Positions 23,201 through 34,549 of a stretch of 64,000 nt of DNA are shown one piece after another. The position numbers and the translations under genes were made by a program. Positions within the stretch are counted from its first letter, which is position 1. Each line of letters starts with the position of its first letter. The notes below the pieces were generated by a model. That model was not told the DNA's origin and did no database searches. It saw only the letters and a list, made by a program, of their open reading frames with translations. The DNA is from Azolla caroliniana (Eukaryota > Plantae > Polypodiophyta), in assembly GCA_043228905.1 (NCBI GenBank), contig JBHGNT010000012.1:17546001-17610000 (forward strand), given 5' to 3'.

Positions 23201-24938
23201 GGTCAACCGGTACAAGGCTCGGCTAGTGGCAAAGGGATATGCGCAGAAACACGGCATCGACTATGATGAGACGTTTGCGCCGGTCGCGAAAATGACGACC
23301 GTCCGTGTTTTGCTTGCAGTAGCTGCGGCCAAGGGGTGGCACCTACATCAGATGGATGTAAAGAATGCGTTCCTGCAAGGTGACCTTGAGGAACAGGTGT
23401 ACATGGTACAACCCCCCGGATTTCACTCTAGAACGAACTCCTCGGCAATATGCCGACTGAAGAAGTCCCTTTACGGATTGAAGCAAGCCCCGCATGCCTG
23501 GAACGCGAAGATCACGCAACAACTGCGTCGGTTGGGCTTCGTTACGTCAAAATCGGACTCTTCCCTGTTCATCCGGAAAGGTCGACTCGGACCGGTTAGT
23601 ATTTTACTGTATGTTGATGACTTGGTCATCACCGGCGCCGACCTAGGTGAAATCGACCGCGTGAAGCTCCAGCTTGCGGCATCGTTCGACATGAAGGATC
23701 TGGGGGACCTTCATTACTTCCTCGGGATCGAAGTGATCCGTACCCCCGAAGGCATATTGATCAGCCAATGTCATTACGTGTTGAGTATGCTCTTCAAACT
23801 CGGGATGGCCGACTGTAAATTCATCTCGACTCCTCTGGACAGAACCGTCAAGCTTCGTCCCGATACGGGAAAGGTATGCGACCCGACGAGGTTCCGACAA
23901 ATTGTCGGAAGCCTTATATACTTGACCATCACCCGACCCGACCTCAGTTATCCGGTCGGGGTGATCAGTCAGTTCATGGCGCGACCTACCGAGGAGCACC
24001 TTCAGTGTGCGCAACGCATACTTCGGTATGTCAACGGCACTAAGGACCGGGGACTGCTATATCGGACCGGTGCAGCCACGCGGTTAGTCGGCTACACCGA
24101 TGCTGATTGGGCTGGCAACGCCGCCGATCGCCGATCCACGTCTGGATACGCGTTCTCCCTCGGGAGTGCCGCGATCGCGTGGAGCAGTAAGAAGCAGCTG
24201 ACAGTTGCATTGTCGAGCACCGAAGCCGAGTACCGAGGAGCGGCTGTCGCGACATGCGAAGCCATATGGTTGAAGCGGCTACTTAAGGACCTGCAAGAGG
24301 AGGTGTCCGATCCAACGACGATCTACTGCGACAACCTCAGCATCATCCAACTCGCGAAGAACCCCGTCTTCCACGCACGGACCAAGCACATTGAGGTGCA
24401 CTACCATTTCGTCCGTGAGCGTGTCCTTTCCGGTGAAGTCGAACTTCAGTACGTTCCGACGGATCGACAGACTGCCGACATCTTCACCAAGCCTCTTGGT
24501 CTGGACAAGTTGTGGCAATTCTCAGGTGCGCTCGGATTGCGTCACCTCGACGTGCCAAACTTGAGGGGGAGAACAGTCCCGAACGACCAAGCAAAGCAGA
24601 AGGAAAGGAGCGGAGACCGCGACACCGAGTTGGTTGTTGAATTCGACTTCGGATCGGCTGAAGAAGCCGAGGGCGGACCCGCCGAGTTGGTTCGGATGTT
24701 TGATTCAGACACGCTGAATCAACCAAGGCCCAAGCGGAAGAAAAGGCAGCAGAAGAAGCGTCAACACCGCAACAACAGAAGAGCTGATGAGGGCCACATG
24801 AGCAAACAAGCCGACCGGAAGGGTCGAAGCGCGCGGAGTCGAACAGGTCGAGGAGCGCGAGCGAGGCGAGAAGCTAGGAGGAACCGGTGCTGTGAAGATC
24901 CCGAAGAGCCTCAAGTTGAGCTTGAGGGGGAGTGTTGA
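20271..24938 (+). pseudogene. Copia gag-pol polyprotein, single frame with two premature TAG stops (20352-20354, 22245-22247)
   Basis: ATG 20271 (MDRGMASSLPTEKLDRTNYASW) is in frame with ORFs 20484 and 22299. Zn knuckle CWYCGKKGHKESEC, protease DSGASNHM, integrase HKRIGH/CEAC/DVWGP, RT LYVDD, RNase H. The stop codon lies in the first 6 nt of the 3' LTR. Confidence 0.95.
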
Positions 24939-25318
24939 GAGACAAGCTCAACATCGGCCGGATCGGCTAAAGAAGCCGAGGACCGGATCGGTTGGGACCG
25001 ATCGGTTAGGCTGAGTGCATAAACCGGGAGGCCGTTAGGAAAGATATTCCGTGAGGAATATATTTGGGAGTTAGTGTAGGAGCTCTTGATGAGCATTGAA
25101 GTATTGTCAGTATTTCGGTCAGTCCTTCTAGGACTTGTATAAAAGTGCTCACTGAGCACGTCTTATGTACAGATTGAGTATTATTGTTGAATATAGTTTT
25201 TTGTGTTTCTCTCTCTGTCTCTCCCGAGTATACTGCGTAAGCTCAAGCTCTCCATTGAACCTGAGTTTCCTTCCTTCTGTTCGGTCTTCATACTTGCTTC
25301 CGCACGTTACTTTCTACA
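24933..25318 (+). repeat. 3' LTR (386 bp)
   Basis: Follows PPT 24924-24932, ends TACA, then TSD GCTAT. Confidence 0.97.
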
Positions 25319-25937
25319 GCTATGTATGCACGAGAGGCAAAATTGACAAGATCCGTTTTGAGAGAGACTTGTTGTCCGCATCCCCTAGGTTCCTGGAAAT
25401 TTGGAGGTTGATCGTAGGCTTCACCTTGTGGTATGTCTTGAAAGCACGATGCCTAAAGGTTTTCCAAGATCTGGTACAACCCCCAGCGGAAGTGATCATG
25501 GATATATGGTTCGCGCTTATCAGCTGCCTACGAGGGCATTTGGACAAGGCTTGCAACCACTCCAATGATGTGGCCACTGCCTGTTTGCGCTTTTGGCAGA
25601 AATGGTAGAACACACCTATGGTGACAATAGGAGGAAGTGGCCCGAGGTGGAACTACCAACCCCCACGCTAGTTGTTTTCTTCTCACATTCCACCCTCCCT
25701 TCGTTGTAGGCCCCAGGAGTCGGCTCATATTGACCGACACTAAAGACCACTACTTTTAGTTATAGGTATCTACTTACTTTAGGTAGTCTGTTTGAAAGAC
25801 TATGTAAGTAGTCTCATTTTCTTGATCTTGATCGGAGGGAGATTCCCGTTTTGTGTATAAGTTTCCTTGTATAGTCTCCTTATAATAATCCTTCCTAACT
25901 AATGGGAAAGTAGCTTCATTTTGAAAAAAATAATAAT

Positions 25938-26223
25938 TCAATCATCAATTCACCAAGGTTCAAATCTAGGCCACTCCACATACATAGTTTAGCTTTTACT
26001 CATCAATCATGAATTCACCAGGGTTCAAATCTAGGTCACTCCATAGAGTTAAGGTTTAAATCATCAATCATCAATTCACCAGGGTTCAAATCTAGGCCAC
26101 TCCACATACATAGTTAAGCTTTTACTCATCAATCATCAATTCACCAAGGTTCAAATCTAGGTCACTCCACATAGGTAAGGTTTTACTCATGAATCATCAA
26201 TTCACTAGGGGTCAAATCTAGGC
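25938..26223. repeat. ~65-bp tandem array, right part (~4.5 units)
   Basis: Same unit as 19243-19461, resuming in register after the LINE TSD. Confidence 0.93.
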
Positions 26224-28581
26224 ACAATGTTAATGGGGGTGAGTGAGTGACCTCTCTTGTCGGTGCCTGATAACCTTCACCTAGTTGTTGTAGGCCCAAG
26301 CTTTTTTTGTAACCTGATATCAACTCAACTGTCACTACTATATTCATTACTGAACTAGATGTTGTTATTACGGAATGTTCGGGTGTGTTATCGGCTCCTC
26401 TTGGGTTGAGGTTGTGGGTTTTGGTGTGAGTATGTTATTCGGTTGTTGCCATTCTTCACGATTTTGTCAATTGTAACCCTCTCTCTTATGGAATCCTTGC
26501 ATTTCCTAACCTACCCCCTTAACAAATACACATTTACGCACTCAGTAGTGTATGTATACCAATACACACAAATCCACATTTATCGGACATGTCATACAAA
26601 TTCACACACACATTGATACATGTATGCATAGAGATTAATTGAAAATACAAGTTACCTCATGTGCACATTTGTTATCACAGGGTACTACTTGGTAGTTGGC
26701 ATTTGTAAGCTCTTACACATCCATGTATATGCATGTACATATTTCCATGTCATAACACAACACAACTTCTATTGTTCGATTTTCTTCCTCTTCTTCTCCT
26801 TTCATCCTTTCTCTTCCATGAATTTAAACATCAGACTTCTATCATTCTAGATTATAATTATAATTGTTCTTTATTTCTCCCCTTTTTTTAACATTTAGTG
26901 TGACCCACATTGAATGTTGATCTAGTTTCATCCATGCTAGGATGGGTGAGAACATGGTGCCACTTGTCATTTTTTAGTTCTCACATATATATAATTTCTT
27001 CCATGCCATTTATGTTCCAAGTAAAAACACTTACACTACTACATATTAAGGAAACACACCTAATTATATAGGAATATGGGTTTCAAAACCCAAACTTGTT
27101 ATTATCATTATTTACAAACATAGAAAATCTAATACTAATGTCAAAGGGGAGAATGTGCTTGGTTTGGAGGTGGTGCACTTTGTGTGCCATTGGCATCACA
27201 ACTTTTGTTTTTTACTCATTTGCCATCAATAACTTGATGTATGACTTGGTGGACATAAGCTCATGCATTACACACACAATGAGTGTGATGAGGAGGTTCA
27301 TGCCAAAACCTAGCATGAATGACAATGGCACCTTCAAAATAGAGTGGTCACATACTACAATTTTGGACATGAGCCATCACTGATGATGAAGACAATGGTG
27401 ATACCATTCCACTTTATGACCTTAGAGAGAGTCGACAAAGAACCATAAGTCGATATTTTACTACTTCTCACCTTGTCATATTACACCATAAATACATTGT
27501 AACCCTAAGATCTTACATTATGAAGGTTATCCCGGCTCACATTAATAGAGCAATGCCCTCGTAGTAAGTAATTATGCCTAATGGAATAGATGTCACCATA
27601 TTACTATTGTCAATATCTCAATATTGCCAACAATGTCATTGCCATTGGGATGTTGTCATGATGGGACTTTTTGTTGACAATGGCATGTCTCTACCATTGG
27701 TCCACCATTGCTACTAACATAATGGGGGAAGTTGTCATTGCATCCAATGATGCAAGCGACAAAAGAGAGGGAAGAAAAGAAGTGGCCCGTGGGTGATTGA
27801 GTGGGTGAAGAACAATGCAAAAGGGCTGCTCATAAAAATGCACATTACAAAGATGTGGAACGAGAGTTGAATGACCATTAAGATCGAAACTTGAACAATT
27901 GATGATCTTTTATACAAATTGAGAGTTGAGCAATGATTGATTGTAGAGCTAAGCAATAATTGACAAATCATCAATAACCATTTGCCAAGAGCTAAACCTA
28001 ACCAAGCCAAGTTATAGCCAATTTGGCAATCAATAGCCATTTTTGGAGACTTGAGTGAAAGTAATGATGGAGAAATAAGTGTTGGATCTGTGCATGAGTG
28101 TGTGGAACTACCGGAGTTTCGAACCAAGAGATGGCTAGGAAAACTAAAAGAAGGCTTGAATCACTTCAAGAGGACTTGCTTCACTCAAATGCTAACACAT
28201 CTTCAATGTCCCACATGTTCAAGCAAAGGTGAATGGAAAAGAGGTGATAAAGAGGCTTATTTGTGCTAAAGTGGAGGCCTTCTCAAGGTTTATATGTGGT
28301 CTTATAGCTCGACATAGCAATGGAATCTTCTCAAGGTTTATATGTGCTCTGCTAGCAAAGGCGTTATTGGCAACAATGTAGTTTTTTTGATAATATATAT
28401 TTGTGCAGAGGAAACAGTATTATGTACTATTTGTATATTGCATTTGGCTTTTTATTAATACTAATGGATCATATTTTTATGGAAAATAAAAATAAAAATG
28501 CTAACACATCTTCTTCTACTAATTAGTGATGCTCAACAATACCTTTAACGTTGTCTACTTAGGTTCTATTTCCTTTGTGAA

Positions 28582-28890
28582 GAGATCCACATGCAATGAT
28601 CAGTTGACCGACAGAATGCTCCACGCCTCCTCATTCTCATATGAGTTTTCACATGCAATGAAGTGCTTTCATGAAGTGATCCACACACAAGTATCGGTTG
28701 ACACCACAAAATGCTCCACTTCCTCATTCTCATATGAGTTTTCACATGCAATGAAGTGCTTTCATGAAGTGATCCACACATAAGGATCAGTTGACACCAC
28801 AAAATGCTCCACTTCCTCATTCTCATATGAGTTTTCAAGCGCAATCAATTGCTTTCATGAAGTGATCCACACACAAGGATCGGTTGACAG
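28582..28890. repeat. tandem array, ~93-bp unit x3.3
   Basis: G.GATCCACA recurs at 28582, 28676, 28769, 28862. Confidence 0.93.
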
Positions 28891-29096
28891 GACACAACTG
28901 GCCTCATTAGCAAACGAGTTCTCTCACAGTATCACAATGAATGATAAGGTTGATGGGACACAATGAAGTGATCCGCACAATGAATGGTAAGGCTAATGGG
29001 ACATAATGTCTTGGCGTCTACATTCGCAATGAGTTCTCACACGATCAAGTGGTATTGAATTTGAGACATGCTTTCTCTTGAATGCATTGTTACAAC

Positions 29097-29097
<1 letters not shown>

Positions 29098-29127
<30 letters not shown>

Positions 29128-29250
29128 CATACATACATACATACATACATACATACATACATACCTTCATACATACATACATACATACATACATACATAC
29201 CTTCATACATACATACATACCTTCATACATACATACATACATACATACAT
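29098..29250. repeat. (TACA)n microsatellite
   Basis: Directly visible, ~150 bp with a few interruptions. Confidence 0.97.
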
Positions 29251-29400
29251 CACTTCACTAGTATGTATATATCTGAATGATGAATCACATGGAGAGAGAG
29301 AGAGAGAGAGAGAGATTTGTATGGCATGAATCTATGGTGATGGGCAGAGTAGATGAAAGAGAGAATAGATGTATGGTATCTATGGTGATGGGCAGAGTAG

Positions 29401-31236
29401 ATGAATCATCCATGGAGAGAACCTGCAGTTGCCCTTTCTGCAGGGGAAATCGAAGCAGAAGCAGAAGCAGAAGCAGAATCAGAAGCAGTCCATCCCCATA
29501 TCCTTGCAGCAGGAGGAGGAGGTGTGCGGGATCTGCACCCTCCTCCTCACCCATTGTACCTCACCTTCGCCTCCCTCCTTCAAGCTTGCGGCCGCAACAG
29601 AGCCCTGCTTCAAGGCAAGCGCCTGCACTCCCGCCTCCTTGAGCTTCTCCATCCCCACACCTCCTCCCCTTTCAGGGATGATGGGCAGCTCAGAAGTAGC
29701 AGCATCATCATCCTGTGCAACCATGTTATCCGCATGTATGATCTGTGCTGTGCCCCGGGCCTGGCTCTCCGCGCCTTCCAGTCCATGCCGGCCCGCAACC
29801 GTGTCTCTTGGAACCTGGTCCTGGCCGCCCATGCCCATGCCCATGCCCAAACTGCCTTCCGCTTGCTCCTTGACATGCTACAGCAGCAGCGCGTGGACCT
29901 ATCCCCCGACAAGTTCACCTTCATCACTGTCATCTCCGCGTGCGCCAAGTCTTCGCCTGCTTGCTCTCTCGAAGGTAAGATCACACATTTTCTTCTTGTA
30001 TGCCACGGCCTCGATCGCGTTGGCCATGCCGCGAATGCGCTCCTCGCTTTCTATGGCATGCGTGGGCACCTCGATGATGCCTTCCGAATTTTGGGTATGA
30101 TGCCGAAGAGGGATGTTAGTGCCTGGAACTCCATGTTTACTGTATGCTCCCAACTTGGGGAGGCTGAGATGGTCTTCCAGCTTTATGCTCAAATGCAGCA
30201 AGAAGGAATCAAACCTAACAAAGTCAGCTTTCTCACGCTCCTCTCGGCTTGCCGCACCCTCGCCAAATTGGACGAGGGTAAGCAGTTACATTCCCTCATT
30301 AAAACCTCAGGGATGGCAATAGATGTAGTTTTGGGTACTGCTCTCATGGACATGTACAGCAAATGTGGAGACTTTGATGCTGCGTTGAAAGTGTTCACTG
30401 GAATGCCCGCAGGAAACCATGTTTCGTGGTCAGCCATCATATCGGCGCATGCCAAGCATGGGTATGGTGAGGAAGCTTGTTTGCTTTATGGACAAATGCA
30501 CAAGGAGGGCATGAAGGCCAATATAAACACCTTACTTTCACTTCTTGAGACATGCTCTGCCACCGGAAACCTGGTGGCTGGCAAGCTATTGCATTCGTGC
30601 ATTGTTGATGATGACAATCACAATGAAGAAGACATAGGCAGTGGCAATAACAATGTTGCTGTGAAGAATGCGTTGATCAGTATGTATAATCGCTGTGGAA
30701 GCCTTATGGATGCACATGCTGTTTTTAAGAATACGTCCAACATATATGACACTGTTTCGTGGAATGCAATGATATCTGCAAATTCACAGCATGGAAATAG
30801 CTCGAAAGCAGTCGACCTTTTCCTGCAGATGCAAATGAAAGGTATAAAACCAACAGAGAACACCTTCATTAGTGTGCTTTCAGCATGCAGTCATACAGGC
30901 TTGCTTACTGAAGGCTTACTATATTTCTGTTTCATGTGTTATGACTGTGGAATTGTGGCAACTTCTCAACATTACACATGCATAATAGATCTCCTTGGTA
31001 GAGCTGGGTGCCTCGAAGAGGCTGAGGAGTTTGTGAAGGAAATGCCGTTAAAGGCAGGGGTTCTAGATTGGATGTCCTTGGTCAGTGCCTCTAGAGGTCA
31101 CGGTGACATGGAGAGAGCCAGATATGCCGCAAAACAAACCCTTGAGCTTAACTCGTTGGTTACGGGAGCTTATGTAGCACTAACGAATATATTGGCTGTA
31201 ATCGACAGTGAATGGGATGATGAGTCTGAATATTGA
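29401..31236 (+). CDS. PLS-class pentatricopeptide repeat protein with truncated E extension, no DYW domain (611 aa)
   Basis: P/L/S motifs (RNRVSWN, PDKFTFITVISAC, VVLGTALMDMYSKCG, DTVSWNAMIS, HYTCIIDLLGRAG) and E1-like W.SL.SA.R.HG. Ends shortly after AYVALTNI. The start codon is uncertain. Confidence 0.92.
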   Translation: MNHPWREPAVALSAGEIEAEAEAEAESEAVHPHILAAGGGGVRDLHPPPHPLYLTFASLLQACGRNRALLQGKRLHSRLLELLHPHTSSPFRDDGQLRSSSIIILCNHVIRMYDLCCAPGLALRAFQSMPARNRVSWNLVLAAHAHAHAQTAFRLLLDMLQQQRVDLSPDKFTFITVISACAKSSPACSLEGKITHFLLVCHGLDRVGHAANALLAFYGMRGHLDDAFRILGMMPKRDVSAWNSMFTVCSQLGEAEMVFQLYAQMQQEGIKPNKVSFLTLLSACRTLAKLDEGKQLHSLIKTSGMAIDVVLGTALMDMYSKCGDFDAALKVFTGMPAGNHVSWSAIISAHAKHGYGEEACLLYGQMHKEGMKANINTLLSLLETCSATGNLVAGKLLHSCIVDDDNHNEEDIGSGNNNVAVKNALISMYNRCGSLMDAHAVFKNTSNIYDTVSWNAMISANSQHGNSSKAVDLFLQMQMKGIKPTENTFISVLSACSHTGLLTEGLLYFCFMCYDCGIVATSQHYTCIIDLLGRAGCLEEAEEFVKEMPLKAGVLDWMSLVSASRGHGDMERARYAAKQTLELNSLVTGAYVALTNILAVIDSEWDDESEY

Positions 31237-31847
31237 CCAAATCTCATAACTTTGTGGGTTTTTTATGTCAAAGACTTGCTGTAATAAGGGAGCATCATAT
31301 CCCACTTGCGAAGCATTACACCCCAAATTCATAGGAAAGATAGAGAATGCTTGTAATTATGGCTGACTCAGGGTATATCTAGTGGCACACAATGCATGAA
31401 GGCTGGTTACCTATGTACGGTAATTGTAAATCTGGAGGTGCATATACTAACGGCCGAGCATGAGATATAGATTCATGAGACATTTTGTTAAATTATCTGC
31501 CGTTGAGGAGAGCTCTGTTCAAACAAAACAAAAGTATTTGGTAGTTGGGCAACCAACTCAACAGGTAGTAGTAGTCAACCCGTGGGTGAAAAATTAAATA
31601 AAAAGATATGGCGACACGATAAGAATGGATGATATGCATCATATGCTTTACATGCTTGTTTACTCATGAGGTGTATTCAGTCTCCCTTGGATGTTAAATA
31701 ACCTCTTCTTTCTCTCATGTTGTGCTCAAATGTCCAACATATACTCTTTATCTTAGGATAATTGTTCCATGCTCCAAACTTGTGAGAATCTCCATCAAAT
31801 TGGCAAAAGGTGAGCCACTATCATTGTTATGCCTTCGTGTTTGGAAT

Positions 31848-31898
31848 TACCTTAGTGGCAAGCCGTTAGTTATCAACACAAGGTCATGGACTCAAATA
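31848..31898 (+). other. degenerate tRNA-like A/B-box cassette (probable old LTR relic)
   Basis: TACCTTAGTGG...AACACAAGGTCATGGACTCAAAT; the 15-mer AACACAAGGTCATGG is identical to the cassette at 61420-61434. Confidence 0.4.
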
Positions 31899-33049
31899 TT
31901 TACATTCACACATCTTTGCATACCAGGAATGTCTTCTCTTAACGTCACGCCACATGGATGCATCAAACTAAAGATTGGGTGATACATCAACATTGGATAC
32001 AAGGTACAAAAATCAATAAGAGCAAAAGCCTCTCATATGGTTGGGTGCTTGACATTATGAAATGGTTTACAAGATGGGGAGGTAAAGATTTCTTGGAGCT
32101 CTTAAAAGTATGTGATGATCAAGGATAGATTACAAGAGGCACTAATGATGAAATGACAAGATGTTAATACGTCAAAATTAGAATGTTACATGCTCTTAAT
32201 GTTGGCTCCAATACAAAGTGAAAATCTGTGAATGTATCCAACTGCATCTTATTACCCCCATGAACCTTGGCTCTTAGAGAACCGTAACACTTAAACTAGC
32301 TCACACAAGTTACATGTAGGCACAACATCAGTGCATCGTCACCCAAGTATGAAGATATGCAAAGTATGCAATGAATACCTAGTGGAGGATGGATATTACT
32401 TACATGCTCAACGTATATGGTAATTTGTGAGAACTAGGAACTTAATAATACTTAAATGTGAAATGCAAATCCCCGCCAAGAAGGGTGGGCACATGTATGC
32501 ATGCATTATTTTCATATGGTGGATTTTTTTATTAATGATCAGATTTGGTCTCCTCTTGGATGATAAAAAATATATTATATTATATTATCTCTCTCTCTCT
32601 AAAATGGGACAATAGATTGCAAATGGGAATCTTTCAAGAAAGTCAAATAGTTCAAGATCGTTGACAAATATAAAAGTGGTCACACTTATGTTGATTGGCA
32701 TCACTTAATTAACATTGAGAACATCCCTCTCAATTGTAGCGACTCATCAATGACAATTCTAAAACCTAATCCACGTCTGACAACCAACGACGGATTGGAT
32801 GCATCTTTTGTAACGATCCAACCCATCTATCCCACACTTCTTAGCCATTCATTAAAAATTGAAGGAATGAGTTGAGAAAGAGGATAAGTACCAATGTATT
32901 TTAATTTTAAACAAGGGAAGTACATTTAGAAGTATCCAAGGTTTAGAAACGATCCGTTTGGGTGGAGACTTGGCAAAAATCATAGATCTATTCTCAACAT
33001 AGGTTTTAGATTAATTAGATCACCTTTATGACGTAAAGGACATTCACAG

Positions 33050-33530
33050 CTAAAATCTTGCATTAGTATTGTCCATCAAGCTTTACAAACTTGACCTCAT
33101 CAATGAACAATTCTTTATTGTGACCTTTCTACCTCTGAATGTGGTAAGTCTGTTGTCCCAATCAATTGTAGTGCTCCCGTACATAAATCTATTGCCATCT
33201 ATTTTCACCTTCAAAGTTTATTTGGATCCATGATCCAATAACATGGGTGGCATGACTACACAAAGTTTTAATTTCTAAGAAAAGCACTCAAGTTTATCAA
33301 TTCATTGATTGGACATGCCAATAGAGAGACTTTTCTTTGAATCCTTTTAACAAATGTGTCAAGAAATTCAGAGATGTGGGCATGTGTTTTATAAATTTTT
33401 GAGAAAATCTCATGTCCATATCAACTCGAACAACCTCATGTGGTACTAATGTTTCAACCTCCATTCTTCGTGGACAATCATCATAACTATAATCTTTCCA
33501 TGTTTCTCTGATTCTCCACATTGCAAATTG
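33050..33530 (-). mobile_element. possible highly degenerate retroelement (protease-adjacent) relic
   Basis: Weak PMLL...IDWDNRLTTF pattern on the minus strand, resembling the Gypsy protease tail. Confidence 0.25.
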
Positions 33531-34549
33531 AACATTCGCTTACATGTATCCAAAGGAAACACATTCATGCAAAGATAAATGACACTAGTTCCAAATAGTG
33601 ACTAGCTTAGATTGCAAACTAGCATGAGTTGCATAAGCTAACCAATTCGAGTTTTTACTTTACTTATTGATCAAAATACATGCAAAAAATTATGTATACC
33701 TTCCAACAATGAGATATAATGGAATCAAGATAATCTTCATATTCTTACATAGTAAATGTAGACATACGTCTTGGTTGGCCCAAGTATTCTATATCATCCA
33801 CTTCCCATGTAGTAAGTCATAACAATTCGTTTGTCCAGCTTGCCTCATTGATGGTGACTTTTTCTCCCTTGCGCAAGCTAAATGCTATGAAAAGACTATG
33901 TGATATATTGTATTTTGAAAATTGAAGATGTCGATGTGTTTGGGAGAATGGGTTTTTCGGGGCGATTCACCAGAAACACACATAAATTGAACAAAACTTT
34001 GTAAGTCACACTAAATCACCCCATAAACACGTGAATGAACAATTTGTTTCGAAGTGTAGCTAACAAGCTATTTACATGTAAGAATTTACCTACACACTGA
34101 CACACTGAAAGCGTAGGTATTTTTGGAGCCAAAACTCATCACGTTATTGACAAGTTTGGCTTTGTTATATCTCCCACATGAGAAATCATGTCCATGCAGA
34201 TACATCCCAATGATAATGTCTCTCCATCTCAACCTCCACATATGGCATGACACAAGCCAACTTCACAGTAAACAGCCAAAAGAGCAGACATCAGAAAACT
34301 ATGGAACCAATATGGGTTCATTCTAGGCATTATCAAATAGACTACTAGCCTTTGTCACAGGTGGGAATCCCATACTTCCAACCCACTTTCCATACAAAAC
34401 TAATCTTCTGGCAAGAGTCCAACTTCCAAAAGTGGTGATCACTCAGTGATTCATGAGGAATCTGGTTCCCATAAGAATCCTTAATCACCTCCTTACACCA
34501 CCTAAAAATGCATTCTCCATGCCTATTTGATTTTTGAAAACCTCTATTT

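Larger units (their letters stand above)
19813..25318 (+). mobile_element. full-length Ty1/Copia LTR retrotransposon (recent insertion)
   Basis: TG...CA LTRs of 386 bp; TSD GCTAT (19808-19812, 25319-25323); PBS TGGTATCAGAGC (tRNA-iMet); PPT GAGGGGGAG; gag-PR-IN-RT-RH order. Confidence 0.98.
19462..25937 (+). mobile_element. 5'-truncated L1-type LINE (~1 kb net), interrupted by the Copia element
   Basis: zf-RVT CCHC motif KIKLFWWQ...CPLCSSPIESLRHCLWDC (19519-19812) continues after the Copia element (25324-25608). A-rich tail GAAAAAAATAATAAT; 15-bp TSD TCAATCATCAATTCA at 19447-19461 and 25938-25952. Confidence 0.88.

Noticed and set aside
20642-24914. Long antisense ORFs (e.g. 21303-22100) in the Copia element
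   Set aside because: Expected shadows of a GC-rich pol frame; no recognisable domain.
29068-29329. YIHT-repeat ORFs
   Set aside because: Translations of (TACA)n.
34345-34549. LINE zf-RVT-like peptide (WKLDSCQKISFVWK) after the PPR stop
   Set aside because: Too short, with no CCHC or tail; could be chance.
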